Position numbers and translations under genes: made by a program
Shown here: piece after piece, positions 9,843-20,434 of the stretch
How positions within the stretch are numbered: the first letter of the stretch is position 1
Layout of the letters: each line of letters starts with the position of its first letter
NCBI GenBank assembly: GCA_049287045.1
Contig: JBAQFC010000009.1
Location: 946 to 64,945 of the forward strand
Length of the DNA: 64,000 nucleotides
Origin: Minisyncoccia bacterium
GTDB lineage: Bacteria; Patescibacteriota; Minisyncoccia; Phycocordibacterales; UBA9973
Reading direction: 5' to 3'
Notes under the pieces: model-generated
Told to the model about the DNA's origin: nothing
Seen by the model: only the letters and a program-made list of their open reading frames with translations
Database searches by the model: none

Positions 9843-12026
9843 CTAATTAGCATTACGTACTAAAAAGTATTCGTTATATGGTTGATCATCAGTTACTTCA
9901 ATTTTTTTATTAGAATTTAATAACTGATTAATATTAATTTTGCCACTTATAATTCTTTTAATGAAACTTAAAATATTAGGATCGTTGTAATCATTCCATT
10001 CCATTAAATCGTCTTGTGCAGATAATGGCATGTTTTTTACAATTTGTTCTGGATTTGGAATATTAATAGGTTCATTTGAAGCAAAAAAGTGATATCCCCA
10101 CTGTCTAACTGATTGATAGACTTCAACATAAGGAAAAACGTCAACTAGTGATCTTGCTACTGCTTGTAGGGCTTTGTCATTTTCATTTCCTCCTGGGTAC
10201 CATTGGGCCAGAATACCATTTTTAGATAAATGTGTTTGAGCGATTTCATAAAATTCTTTTGAATACAATAAACTTGATCCAGCCGCTTCTACTGGTGGTG
10301 GTGGATCAATAGCAATCAAATCATACTTTTCTGAAGTACGTTCTAGAAATCTACGCCCATCGTCTATAATTATTTGGTTGTTTGATTTAGCTAAAACCTG
10401 ATTCGCATCAGAAAAAAAATATGAAAAGAATTCCTTAACACTTGGTGTCAGTTCAACTGCTGTTGTGTTAAAGCCCCAACTTGCTGCAGAACGGAAAGTT
10501 GTACCCATACCGAAACATATTACTAATGCTTTTTTTGGATTTTGAGGTAAACTGGCTAAGGGTAAATGCGCCATTATTTTAGTAATAGGTGTTAATGTTG
10601 TCATACCAACACCATTAACCATTAAGTACTTAGATCTCATATCAGTTTGATCTAGAGTTGCAGCTAAAACCGTAGCATTATAATCGTTTTTAATAATTTT
10701 ATTAGGTGCTATCATATACTCCTCAAATGTTGTGCTAAATTTAACAGTGAGTAATAATAAAACAAACACCATAATTAATATTGGTTTACGAAGGTATGAT
10801 TGTAGAGTACTTATTTCACTTTTACGAATTAAAAACCAAATTAAAGGTAAACTAAAAAATATAATTGATAATTTTGAACCAATTAACGGCAGTAATATAT
10901 ATGAAGCCACAATTGGACCAATAATACAACCTAGTAAATTAATTGCATATGCCACTCCAGCAGTATTTGGATTTCCTTGTGATAATTTGTCAATTTGTTT
11001 CGGAGTTAAATAACCCAAAATATATGAAATTAAAAATACACACAAAATTACTCCAATAACTCCCCAACCTATGCGTGGATCTACAAACCAAATTTGTCCA
11101 ATAGAAACTATACACAATAGTTGTAATAAAATTTTAGTTGATAAAACTTTCCCTTTTTGAATATTATTTCGATAATGTAATAGCCCAACACAAGTTCCGA
11201 GTAAATATAAAAACAATATGAATGCAAATGCATAAACTGAAGTTTCTAAAATAGGTGTAAATAATCGATTCCATACTACTTCAAAACCAACAGATGAAAA
11301 TCCAGTAATAAATAATAAACCTAAAATAAACTTATCTTTTATGTTTATTTCCTTTAAAATAAAAGATTTAAATTCTTCTTTCTTTTCTTGTCGAAGAGGA
11401 TTTAATTTTAAATTTTTAGCAATTTTAATACTGATTAGTGCAATTAAAAAATTTAAAAATGAAGCGAATAATAATGTTTTTTTAAAACCTAATAATTCAA
11501 TTAATACTCCGGCAGTTAAAAATGTACCAACCATAGCACCAAATGTATTAGCTAAATATAAAAAACTAAAAATATTTTTATCCCAAGTGAAATGCTTATT
11601 TAAGAACTCCATTATTAATGGAATTGTAGTACCCATTAAAAAACACCAAGGTAGCATAGTTAAAGACAGAACTAGTGCTGATAAACCTAAGTATGCCCCC
11701 GAATTTGTTTGACCGAAAGTAAGAAGCCATAAATGTCCCATTAAAAAAAGTTTTGGTATAATTAATGCTCCTATTCCTATTCCTATTTCTGCAATACTGT
11801 AAAAATACAAAGATTCTATCTTATATTTTTTAGCTAACTTTATTAAATATTTACCAGAGATCCATGATCCTAGCACTAGTCCTAACATAAATACAGATAC
11901 AACTATTGAGATCACTTGAGCATTTATACCAAAATTTGCATAAGCTAATCTTAACCAAACAGTTTGATATAATAATGCACAAAATCCTGAGATAAAAAAT
12001 AAAAAGAAAAAAAGTTTTTTGATCAT
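9843..12026 (-). CDS. Fused polytopic membrane domain / spermidine synthase-like aminopropyltransferase
   Basis: ~470 aa of TM helices followed by LIAIDPPPPVEAAGSSLLYSKEFYE and GxG methyltransferase-like fold motifs of spermidine synthase. Confidence 0.7.
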   Translation of the reverse strand: MIKKLFFFLFFISGFCALLYQTVWLRLAYANFGINAQVISIVVSVFMLGLVLGSWISGKYLIKLAKKYKIESLYFYSIAEIGIGIGALIIPKLFLMGHLWLLTFGQTNSGAYLGLSALVLSLTMLPWCFLMGTTIPLIMEFLNKHFTWDKNIFSFLYLANTFGAMVGTFLTAGVLIELLGFKKTLLFASFLNFLIALISIKIAKNLKLNPLRQEKKEEFKSFILKEINIKDKFILGLLFITGFSSVGFEVVWNRLFTPILETSVYAFAFILFLYLLGTCVGLLHYRNNIQKGKVLSTKILLQLLCIVSIGQIWFVDPRIGWGVIGVILCVFLISYILGYLTPKQIDKLSQGNPNTAGVAYAINLLGCIIGPIVASYILLPLIGSKLSIIFFSLPLIWFLIRKSEISTLQSYLRKPILIMVFVLLLLTVKFSTTFEEYMIAPNKIIKNDYNATVLAATLDQTDMRSKYLMVNGVGMTTLTPITKIMAHLPLASLPQNPKKALVICFGMGTTFRSAASWGFNTTAVELTPSVKEFFSYFFSDANQVLAKSNNQIIIDDGRRFLERTSEKYDLIAIDPPPPVEAAGSSLLYSKEFYEIAQTHLSKNGILAQWYPGGNENDKALQAVARSLVDVFPYVEVYQSVRQWGYHFFASNEPINIPNPEQIVKNMPLSAQDDLMEWNDYNDPNILSFIKRIISGKININQLLNSNKKIEVTDDQPYNEYFLVRNAN

Positions 12027-12063
12027 ATTTGAAGTATTTTATTTAAAATAATAATATGTAAGT

Positions 12064-13758
12064 TTAATAAGTTTGAATAAGTTGTAAAAATTCTGGTGGG
12101 AGTTGAAATCCTCTTTTGTAAAGTTCTCCTGCATAAAATGCAGCATCTTTGTAATTCTTTTGGTCATAGTAATTTGCAGCCAAAGCTTTCAAGGCATCAA
12201 TATGGTTAGGATTAATTTCCAGTGTTTCTTTCCATTTTATTTCAGCTTCTTCAATTTTTTCTTGTTTCCAATACAATAATCCTAAATTAAAATACGCATT
12301 ATCATAATTTGGATTAATTTCTATTTCTTTTTTATATTCAATTTCAGCTTCTGTAAATTTATTTAAATTAGCGTAAGTAAGACCTAGATTGTTGTGGGTC
12401 ATTGGTTCATTAGGGTTAAGTTCTAGTGTTTTTTTGAATTGAATTTCTGCCTCCAACATATTCCCATCCAAAAAATTCATTGCGCCTAAATTATTACTAC
12501 TAAAAGCATAACTTGGTGATGTTTCTGTCGCATTTTTCCAAAACGCTAGTCTATTAACAAAATTTCTACTGTGCACCATTGTAATTACACTAAATATAAT
12601 TATTATGCTACTAATGATTATTAGTATACTTTTCTTTTTCAAGTCAATTTTTTTAATGAAATCAGTTTCAAGCAGGATTATAAAAATCCCAATTATAGGT
12701 AAATACAATCTGTGTTCACTAAAATTAGCAACAGAACTAGGATCTGGGCGGATAAATGAAGGCAACAAAAAAAACATAAACCACATTAATCCAAACAAGA
12801 TATAGTTCCAGCGTTTACCCTTGGTAAGGAATAATATTATAGTTAATAAAATTATTGAAACAATGCCATAAACAAATGTCGTGTCTTTCATTATGGGTAA
12901 TACGCTTAAGTTAAATGGAAAAAATATTTTACCTAGGAGTTGAACTAATGCAGGAAGACTAGAGAAAACTGATTTAATCATATTGATTAATGTTGCAGGC
13001 ATAGAACCTTCAAGGGCAAAATATCTAAGTAAAACCCAGATTCCAACTGCACCAGAAGATCCAATTAATAAATAAAATTTATTATATGTCTTATTTTCTT
13101 TATTCATAAAGAATAAATACCAAAATATTATTGGTAAAATGAATATTGCTGATTCTTTTGTAAAGAGAGCTAAACTAAAAAATAATAAAGACCAAAGTAA
13201 ATTACTTACTTTTTTTTCTTTAATTTCTTTAATAAGAAAAATAAAACTTGAAAGGATAAAAACTGCTAATAAAGAGTCGTTTCTTCCTGGAATCCAAGCG
13301 ACAGCTTGAGTTAAAACAGGATGAACTAAAAATATTATAGAAAAAAGTAATGCAAGTTCTTTGCGATAATCTAGTTTTTTTAGGAAACTAAACAGTAAAC
13401 ATGTTGCCAAAATATGTAGCCAAATATTGGTAAAATGATAAATAAAAGGAGAAATTCCACCAATTTGGTAATCAAATAGAAATGATAGAGTTAGAATTGG
13501 ACGATAATAAAAAGCGAGTATTTTTGTTGAGTTAAATACATCAATTTGAAAAAAATGCACAATATTTGAAAAACTACTGAGAAGATTCGTATTACCTAAA
13601 ATTAATGCGTTATCATCTAAATAAGAAAAATCAAAAAAAATCGCCTGAAAATAAACAAATAATCCCAGCGAAATAATAATTCCAAATGGAATCCAATTTA
13701 TTGAAAATATTTTATCTATAAAACTAACTGAATAATTTTTTAATGATTTGTTTTTCAT
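12064..13758 (-). CDS. TMTC/PMT-like GT-C membrane glycosyltransferase with C-terminal TPR repeats
   Basis: N-terminal ~400 aa multi-TM (DUF1736/PMT-like), C-terminal 4-5 TPR repeats ([41 protein letters not shown]...). Confidence 0.55.
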   Translation of the reverse strand: MKNKSLKNYSVSFIDKIFSINWIPFGIIISLGLFVYFQAIFFDFSYLDDNALILGNTNLLSSFSNIVHFFQIDVFNSTKILAFYYRPILTLSFLFDYQIGGISPFIYHFTNIWLHILATCLLFSFLKKLDYRKELALLFSIIFLVHPVLTQAVAWIPGRNDSLLAVFILSSFIFLIKEIKEKKVSNLLWSLLFFSLALFTKESAIFILPIIFWYLFFMNKENKTYNKFYLLIGSSGAVGIWVLLRYFALEGSMPATLINMIKSVFSSLPALVQLLGKIFFPFNLSVLPIMKDTTFVYGIVSIILLTIILFLTKGKRWNYILFGLMWFMFFLLPSFIRPDPSSVANFSEHRLYLPIIGIFIILLETDFIKKIDLKKKSILIIISSIIIIFSVITMVHSRNFVNRLAFWKNATETSPSYAFSSNNLGAMNFLDGNMLEAEIQFKKTLELNPNEPMTHNNLGLTYANLNKFTEAEIEYKKEIEINPNYDNAYFNLGLLYWKQEKIEEAEIKWKETLEINPNHIDALKALAANYYDQKNYKDAAFYAGELYKRGFQLPPEFLQLIQTY

Positions 13759-14483
13759 TTTTTAATACCAAAAATTCTTTTTAAAAAAAACTTGATTGCA
13801 ATAAAAAGAGTTGAAAATCCATATTTTAAACTCCTAATAAAATTTATCGAAGAGGCTTCTTTGAAATATCTAACTGGAACAGGAATTTCACCAATACGAT
13901 ACCCTTTTTCTATTATCTGGAATAAAACCTGTGTATCAAAAACAAAGTCATTTGAATTCTTCGTAAAATCAATATTTTCCAATACCTCTCTTTTATAAGC
14001 TCTCATACCTGTGTGCCATTCGGATAAATTATATCCACTCAAGACATTCTCCCAAAAAGTTAGGAAACGGTTCGCAAAATATTTATACATTGGCATCCCT
14101 CCTGCCAAAGCTTCTTTTCTGGATCGGATTCTAGAGCCCAACATCACATCACAATATCCTTCTTCAATGAAACCTACTAAATATTTTATTACTTTAGGGT
14201 CATATTGATAATCAGGATGAATCATTACGATAATGTCTGCGCCTTTCGCTAAGGCCATTTTGTAGCAAGTTTTTTGATTACCTCCATAACCTTTATTTTT
14301 ATCGTGACAGAATACAGTGAGGTTAAGTTTTTTTGCTAAAAAAACTGTCTCATCACTACTATTATCATCAACTAGGATTATTTCACTGACAATATCCCTC
14401 GGTATTTCTGATACCGTTTTTTCTAAAGTCTTCTCTGCATTATATGCAGGCATTATAACGATAATATTTGATTTTTTAGTCAT
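13755..14483 (-). CDS. GT2 family glycosyltransferase (polyprenol-phosphate sugar synthase, DPM1/ArnC-like)
   Basis: [18 protein letters not shown]...[10 protein letters not shown]; 242 aa; 4-nt overlap with downstream GT-C gene. Confidence 0.8.
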   Translation of the reverse strand: MTKKSNIIVIMPAYNAEKTLEKTVSEIPRDIVSEIILVDDNSSDETVFLAKKLNLTVFCHDKNKGYGGNQKTCYKMALAKGADIIVMIHPDYQYDPKVIKYLVGFIEEGYCDVMLGSRIRSRKEALAGGMPMYKYFANRFLTFWENVLSGYNLSEWHTGMRAYKREVLENIDFTKNSNDFVFDTQVLFQIIEKGYRIGEIPVPVRYFKEASSINFIRSLKYGFSTLFIAIKFFLKRIFGIKK

Positions 14484-14547
14484 ATTGTCTTGTTTGAAAA
14501 CTTCTAAAGTTTAACACAATAGAAAAATGGCGGCAATAATATGATTT

Positions 14548-15579
14548 TTATAAAATTCTCGCAAAAAATTGGAATAAATGTGCCCAAAAATAGTCCAACA
14601 TATTTGGTTTGTAATTTTTTTGGTCAAAAATAATTGACTCCCCTTTCCACTTGTCTGTTATTTCAACAAGTTTACTTACCGTCGCAAGGTCACTAAAAAA
14701 AACTCCCAGCTCTGTATTTAGTTCAAATGATAAAAAATCTAAATTTTGTGATCCTATTATTCCTTCCTTCTCATCAATAATCATAACTTTTGCATGGTTC
14801 ATTTTTGGTTCGAGATAAAAATTTACTCCAAGTTTCGCCAATTTATTCATGTAAAAATAATTTACACGATCAATCAAAGCATGGTCAGTTGTTTTTGGAA
14901 CTAGAATATCTACTTTAACTCCACGTAAAACCGCTTGGTGAAGAAGTACAATAAACCAACGTTTAGGCATGAAATATGGAGTTGCGAGTATTACGTGTTT
15001 TTTTGTTTGATTTAAATATTCTTTGTAAACTCTTTTTAGGAAAAATTTATTTCTATGTGGAAAATTTTCAACGAGCCAGATCTGTGTTTTATGTAAAAAG
15101 TTCTTTTTGCTTTCAGAAAGAATTAGTGGATCTTTACCTCCGCATTCTACATATGATTTAGCAAAAGATTTAACTATTTTTTTAATAAATGCACCTTTAA
15201 CTCTTACCACTAAATCATCCCACAACCTTGCACTTTGATGAAAATTGACACCCCCTATAAAACCAATAGAATTATCTATGACAAGTATTTTCCTGTGTGC
15301 ACGATGAAATAAATAACTAATAAATAAAACTTCTACTCCGGCTTCTTTCATACTACTAAGTGCATTTTTACTGAGTTTGGAGCTACCAAAATAGTCTAGT
15401 ATTACACGGACTCTAAGTCCTTGTTTTGCTTTTTCTTTTAAAAGTTCAGAAAAATTAAACTTTTCCATGTCATCTTGAAAAATGTACATTTCTAGATATA
15501 CAGATTCCTTGGCTAGTTTTATTGCTTCAAACATGGCCTGCCATGTCGTTTCTGAGTTAGTAAAAAATTTATACTGCAT
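14548..15579 (-). CDS. Phospholipase D family protein / cardiolipin synthase-like (two HKD motifs)
   Basis: HRKILVIDNSIGFIGGVN and HAKVMIIDEKEGIIGSQNLD. Confidence 0.8.
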   Translation of the reverse strand: MQYKFFTNSETTWQAMFEAIKLAKESVYLEMYIFQDDMEKFNFSELLKEKAKQGLRVRVILDYFGSSKLSKNALSSMKEAGVEVLFISYLFHRAHRKILVIDNSIGFIGGVNFHQSARLWDDLVVRVKGAFIKKIVKSFAKSYVECGGKDPLILSESKKNFLHKTQIWLVENFPHRNKFFLKRVYKEYLNQTKKHVILATPYFMPKRWFIVLLHQAVLRGVKVDILVPKTTDHALIDRVNYFYMNKLAKLGVNFYLEPKMNHAKVMIIDEKEGIIGSQNLDFLSFELNTELGVFFSDLATVSKLVEITDKWKGESIIFDQKNYKPNMLDYFWAHLFQFFARIL

Positions 15580-15651
15580 TAAACTATATTATACACGAGA
15601 TAATAATAAAAAAAGCCACAAATTATATGTGGCTTTAAAAATAAAACAATA

Positions 15652-16236
15652 CTATTCTTCACTCTGATAAATATCAAAATGAATTATACCCATAACCATA
15701 GTATGGTCTACAAAATAGTCTTTGATATGGACAAAAAATTTTGATGATTGCTCCGGGGTGATTCCCTTAAGGGTAAAAATACTTGTAATCTGAGTTACAA
15801 CAGCTATTTGGTTGTTTATGTCAGACTTAAAAGGAAAGGATTCAGTAAAAGCATCCTTGATGAATATTTTTACTAAATTATTAGGTTTAATATTTGAATA
15901 ATAAGGCTTAAATGAGTTCAAATCATTATTCTCAGAATATTTAAATAATTTCTCTAATCCTTCTTTTGAAGCAGCTTGAAATATTTCATCCTGAAGTGTT
16001 TGCCATATAGCCAATAGTACTTTGATTTCAGATTTTTGATTAAATGGAATTGAAACAAAGTGTCCTTCATGCATCTTTGAAATATAAACAAAGTTTTTTG
16101 TTGCAAGTTTTCTTTTATAAATTCTACTTGCAATTTCAGCTGTACCAAAGAATGTAAACAATAAGCCGATAATGAAACATCCCATATAAAAAAGGATTTG
16201 TTCGCCTGTTGAGGAAAAAGTGAAAAAAATCATCAT
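15652..16236 (-). CDS. Hypothetical membrane protein
   Basis: ORF; two N-terminal TM helices. Confidence 0.35.
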   Translation of the reverse strand: MMIFFTFSSTGEQILFYMGCFIIGLLFTFFGTAEIASRIYKRKLATKNFVYISKMHEGHFVSIPFNQKSEIKVLLAIWQTLQDEIFQAASKEGLEKLFKYSENNDLNSFKPYYSNIKPNNLVKIFIKDAFTESFPFKSDINNQIAVVTQITSIFTLKGITPEQSSKFFVHIKDYFVDHTMVMGIIHFDIYQSEE

Positions 16237-16308
16237 AATCTTAGGTGTTTTAAGTTGTTGAGAACTATTTCTACTTTAGTAGAGTAACAATTAATTCATA
16301 TTTTGTCA

Positions 16309-16342
16309 ATAAAAAAGCCTCTCAGTTGAGAGGCTTTTTTAT
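16309..16342 (-). terminator. Rho-independent terminator after Cys-rich repeat protein gene
   Basis: aaaaaagcctctcagttgagaggctttttt. Confidence 0.7.
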
Positions 16343-16355
16343 TGACTAGCTTATT

Positions 16356-18506
16356 TTAATCGTTACCTTTGCATTGTTCACATTGAGATCTGACACCTTC
16401 TGGTACATAGGAACACGACGGTACTGCAGCAAAGTTACTACAGTTGATACTAGGCACTGCGCCAGATGGTGGCGTATATATACCAGTAGGAGGGGTAATT
16501 CCAGCTCCTGTTGGGATATCATCTCCTGATGGACCAAAACCACCTGTAGGTATCTTGAAATCAGATCCATCTGGAATATCACTTTGTTTAAATCCTTCCG
16601 GAATATTTTCTGGTTTAAAACTCTCTGGCATTTTCGGTTTAAAGTTGGCCATACAAGCAGTAACAAGTGAAGTAACTACTTCCTGACCAGCTGCACCACT
16701 TTGGATTTTAGCCATCATCGCATCATTAATTTTATTTTTCACACAATCACGAATTTCTTGAGGAGCTTGGCTTAGTTTATCTTCCATCATTTTTAGTGCT
16801 GAACTTTTTAGCACACCAGCACAATCCTGCATAGCCTTTCCTACTTCTTGTCCAGCTCCTGCATTTTCACCTTTTTCGTATGCTGCTACTTTTTCTTTTC
16901 CTAGTTTTTCTTCCAAACATGCTCGTGCTTCAGGAGGCATTTGGCCAATACCAGTTTGGAATTTTTTCATACCTTCTATTTTCATGTTTTCAAAACATTT
17001 TTTGAAAACATCACCTTGTTCTGGTGTTGGAGCAGTACCTTCTTTTATTTTTTCTAATCCCCCATCACCCAATTCTTTATTTAAGCAAGAGATGGTCTCT
17101 GGTGATGCCTGTTCTAATGCACCTTTCATCTGTTCTACTAGCTTACTCATATTTTTTTCAAAACAATTTTTTATTTTCACGCCCATTTCTGGTCCAGGCA
17201 TAAATTTACCACTTTCAATTTCGCCTATTATATTTTCACCAAAGTTATCCTTTAAACATTGGATTACTTCTTTTGGTGATTGATCAAGTCCTGATCGTAA
17301 TCTCCCCATTCCGTCTTCAATCTCTTTTAGTTTATCAGCCGGGATAATATCGTGTTCTTTCGCAAACTGGAAACAAGCTTCTTGGTTGGCTGAATCATTA
17401 CAAAATGATGCACAAGAATCCTTAGAACGACATCCACCTGGTCCTTTACCACCAACCTTTTTAGCTAAAACTGCATCTTCTGGACTAATAAGTCCTGCTT
17501 TTTCAGCAAAGGTTAAACATTCAGTTATATTGTTTTCACTGTCACAATATTTCTGACAATCGGCTTTTGTTTTACATCCGCCTGGTGATTGACCAGAATT
17601 TATAAGAGGCAATACTTTTCGTGCAAGAGCTGCATCTTCTGCGTTGACGAATCCTGCTTTCTCAGCAAAACCTAAGCACTCTTCAACATTAGCTGGAACA
17701 GCACAATAACTTGAACAGGAAACTTTATCCTTACACCCTCCTGGCATAGTAGCACCAGATTTCAGTGCACTGGCTACTTGTTTAGCCTCTTTCAAAGCTC
17801 CCGCCGGAATAAGATCATGCTTCTCTGCGAAAGTTAAACATGAATCAATGTTCTTTAAGTCACTACAGAAAGCTTCGCAGGAATTTTTGTCTTTACAAGC
17901 TCCTGGACCTTCTCCTTTTAATACATCTGCAAACTTTTTGGATTGTTCAGCTTGGTCTTTTGTAATCAGACCACTTTTTTCTCCATAAGAAATACAAGCT
18001 GAGATATTTTCTTGTTTAGCACAAAAGGATTGACAATCTGATTCACTTTTACAACTACCAAGTTCAGCTATTGGAAATTTTGTATCTGGTTTTGCTGTTT
18101 TTCTTAAATGACCTACAAGGCCAAAAGAACTATCTGTAACTACACCATCAGTAGAAAAAGTATAAACTCTACCCCAAAGATTTAGTTTATTATCGTTGGG
18201 GCTGATTGTTCTGTAGTTATAAGTTCCGATTGTGCCTGAGCCTTCATTAAAACCGGTCACTGACCAGTTTGTGGTAGAAGGGTTGTATTTAACAGTATAT
18301 GTCTCACCAGCCTTGAGTGTACCCATTGGATCCTTAATACTCGTCCAACCGGAGTCATCAAAGGTCGCAGTATCAAAGGCTACATAGAAAACTTTACCGG
18401 AATTTATATATGCAGACCAATCATTGGCAGTCGATTGCGCACTTACTTGAGACACACCTAAAAGACAAAGTAAACTCAGCACCAGTGTAAAAATATTTTT
18501 TTTCAT
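16356..18506 (-). CDS. Large secreted Cys-rich tandem-repeat protein (signal peptide, beta-rich N-domain, 5x ~50-aa C-x5-C-x3-C-x9-C repeats, 4x two-Cys repeats, Pro/Gly-rich Cys-containing tail)
   Basis: Start taken at MKKNIFTLVLSLLCLLGVSQVSAQS (18506) rather than ORF-track 18587; repeats read directly in translation. Confidence 0.6.
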   Translation of the reverse strand: MKKNIFTLVLSLLCLLGVSQVSAQSTANDWSAYINSGKVFYVAFDTATFDDSGWTSIKDPMGTLKAGETYTVKYNPSTTNWSVTGFNEGSGTIGTYNYRTISPNDNKLNLWGRVYTFSTDGVVTDSSFGLVGHLRKTAKPDTKFPIAELGSCKSESDCQSFCAKQENISACISYGEKSGLITKDQAEQSKKFADVLKGEGPGACKDKNSCEAFCSDLKNIDSCLTFAEKHDLIPAGALKEAKQVASALKSGATMPGGCKDKVSCSSYCAVPANVEECLGFAEKAGFVNAEDAALARKVLPLINSGQSPGGCKTKADCQKYCDSENNITECLTFAEKAGLISPEDAVLAKKVGGKGPGGCRSKDSCASFCNDSANQEACFQFAKEHDIIPADKLKEIEDGMGRLRSGLDQSPKEVIQCLKDNFGENIIGEIESGKFMPGPEMGVKIKNCFEKNMSKLVEQMKGALEQASPETISCLNKELGDGGLEKIKEGTAPTPEQGDVFKKCFENMKIEGMKKFQTGIGQMPPEARACLEEKLGKEKVAAYEKGENAGAGQEVGKAMQDCAGVLKSSALKMMEDKLSQAPQEIRDCVKNKINDAMMAKIQSGAAGQEVVTSLVTACMANFKPKMPESFKPENIPEGFKQSDIPDGSDFKIPTGGFGPSGDDIPTGAGITPPTGIYTPPSGAVPSINCSNFAAVPSCSYVPEGVRSQCEQCKGND
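16736..18059 (-). repeat. In-frame tandem coding repeats (~150 nt units) within Cys-rich protein gene
   Basis: repeat units GGCK.K..C..FC........C..FAEK.GLI...A...K visible 5 times, then a related 2-Cys unit 4 times. Confidence 0.6.
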
Positions 18507-18516
18507 TTTGTTTAAA

Positions 18517-18771
18517 TTATTTAGCAAAAGGATTTGTATATCCTGATTTATAAGGATTAGTTTCGACCGAATTAAATACATTAACATTTGGAATCTTTTC
18601 TAATGGCTGTTCTTCTCCAACAGCATCCGAGACAACTCCTCCAAAAGAGGCAGCTTGTGTTTCTGTTTTTATTTCTTCAGCTGTTTTTGTTTCTTGTTTT
18701 TTACCAACAAAAAACCAAGCTGCTAAAATAATTAAAATTACTACAATAATTGCTATTATTATTTTCTTCAT
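18517..18771 (-). CDS. Small membrane-anchored protein immediately upstream of Cys-rich repeat protein
   Basis: 84 aa; N-terminal TM IIIAIIVVILIILAAWFFV; stop 11 nt before downstream start. Confidence 0.4.
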   Translation of the reverse strand: MKKIIIAIIVVILIILAAWFFVGKKQETKTAEEIKTETQAASFGGVVSDAVGEEQPLEKIPNVNVFNSVETNPYKSGYTNPFAK

Positions 18772-18863
18772 GTAATTCTATTTATAAACTTATAATAAAT
18801 TCGACGACATGTTTTTATTATAACAAATTAGTAAGACGCAAATCTCTATAGATTGTGGATATT

Positions 18864-18900
18864 AAAAATAAAAAACCCAGCCTTATTTTTAAGGCTGGGT
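18864..18900 (-). terminator. Rho-independent terminator
   Basis: cccagccttatttttaaggctggg flanked by A/T runs. Confidence 0.65.
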
Positions 18901-18984
18901 CAGTATGTTCATTAGAATCAAAACAATTATGTTAAGCGGTTAACCAAACGTTTGTTTTCTAAACTAATGTTTTTAAAAACATAC

Positions 18985-19413
18985 CTATTCTAGAGGTTCG
19001 TTATCAATCCAATCAATTTCTTTTAAGTTGTTGATAGGAAAAATTATTTGATATCTCTTAGCAAGAGTTATTACTTCTCGCTTCAAGATAGTCTCATAAT
19101 CAAAGTCATAATCAGCGAGTTTTTCAAACTCTTTTTTTTCTGAGAAGAAAATTACCGCTGATTCTGCTTCTTCATCAAAACTAAAAGTAATTCCTCTCGG
19201 ATCATTTATTATCAATTCCCTCTTTTCCTGAATATTTTTTTTGAAACCAATTCGTCCCATAAATCCTTCAGCCTTAACTTTCTTTTTTTCTGAAAGATAA
19301 CCGATCTTAACAGATATAATGTTTTTTTTGACTATTTCTGTTAAAGAAATATTTTTGTTTTCTTTATTTTTGAAAACTGGAATTTCTGGGAACACTGCAT
19401 TATTTCTTTTCAT
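18985..19413 (-). CDS. Hypothetical protein
   Basis: ORF 142 aa, no motifs recognised. Confidence 0.4.
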   Translation of the reverse strand: MKRNNAVFPEIPVFKNKENKNISLTEIVKKNIISVKIGYLSEKKKVKAEGFMGRIGFKKNIQEKRELIINDPRGITFSFDEEAESAVIFFSEKKEFEKLADYDFDYETILKREVITLAKRYQIIFPINNLKEIDWIDNEPLE

Positions 19414-19584
19414 ATTTATTAGTTTTAATTATTTTTATTTAAATTACTTCAAATTCCTCTGAAAATACAAAGTAATTTAAACAAATAAAATTAAACTTTC
19501 CAACAAAGAACCATAACTACAGTATGTATAGTAGCATAATATATCAGTATGTCAATTTAATTTAGGTATAATCGTAACAAAAAA

Positions 19585-19625
19585 CATAAAAGCCCGCCAG
19601 GTTAACCTGGCGGGCTTTTATTATT
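19585..19625 (-). terminator. Rho-independent terminator
   Basis: agcccgccaggttaacctggcgggct + T-run on minus strand. Confidence 0.7.
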
Positions 19626-19633
19626 AGCTTAGA

Positions 19634-20263
19634 TTATTTATTCTTTTTTGTTGCTACAGTTTTCTTGACTACTACTTTTTTTGCAGGAGTTTTTGCTACA
19701 ACAACCTTTTTTGCAACTGTCTTGACAGCTAATATTTTTTTTACTTCTATTTTTGGTGCTGTCATTTTAGGTGCCATGATTACAGCTGGAGTAGTTTTAG
19801 CAATAGGGGCTGATTCTTTAGTTTGAGAAAGTCTTTCCATTACGGTTATAAGACGATCAAGTTTCATACCTATTTCTCTTAATTGTTTCTTTGTATCATC
19901 TTGTGCGAACGCAGGGGTTGATGTAGGTTTTGAAAAAGAACTAGTTGAACTAGGTCTGTCACTACTGTATTCTCTTCTTGGTTCACGACTTTCAAAATCT
20001 CTACGTGGAGCTCTTTCTCCTCCATCTTCTCTTTTACTACTAAAACAATCGGAACAGTAAACAGGCTTATCACCTGTTGGGCGAAAAGGAACTTCACAGT
20101 TCTTGCCACATTCACTACAGACAGCTTTGTGCATAACAACTTCTCTATCACGAAAACCTCCACCTCCAAAACTCTTTTTCTGAAAGTTTGGTCTTCCTCC
20201 GCTACTATTACCACCTCTAAAACCTCCACCTCCTCTTCTGTCTCCTCCTTGAAAATTTCCCAT
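19634..20263 (-). CDS. Nucleic-acid-binding-like protein: RGG/Gly-Arg-rich N-terminus, CxxC-x18-CxxC zinc ribbon, Lys/Ala-rich histone H1-like tail
   Basis: GGDRRGGGGFRGG..., CSECGKNCEVPFRPTGDKPVYCSDC, KKVVVAKTPAKKVVVKKTVATKKNK. Confidence 0.5.
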   Translation of the reverse strand: MGNFQGGDRRGGGGFRGGNSSGGRPNFQKKSFGGGGFRDREVVMHKAVCSECGKNCEVPFRPTGDKPVYCSDCFSSKREDGGERAPRRDFESREPRREYSSDRPSSTSSFSKPTSTPAFAQDDTKKQLREIGMKLDRLITVMERLSQTKESAPIAKTTPAVIMAPKMTAPKIEVKKILAVKTVAKKVVVAKTPAKKVVVKKTVATKKNK

Positions 20264-20434
20264 AAAATATTTTGTTTGTATGTCTATATACTAGACAAGT
20301 TATAATAAATATTTCATAACTATATGCTTTTTAGCAATAAAAAGCAAGAAAAAAGCCTTAATCTCATTATTCATGATAAATTTAGAATAAAAAAAGCCCA
20401 TCATTACGATAGGCTTGTTTATTTTTTAAATTAA

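Noticed and set aside
16346-16686. Two small ORFs (106 aa minus, 80 aa plus) inside the 3' end of the Cys-rich protein gene
   Set aside because: Alternative-frame or antisense reads of the Pro/Gly-rich coding tail; the large ORF explains the region
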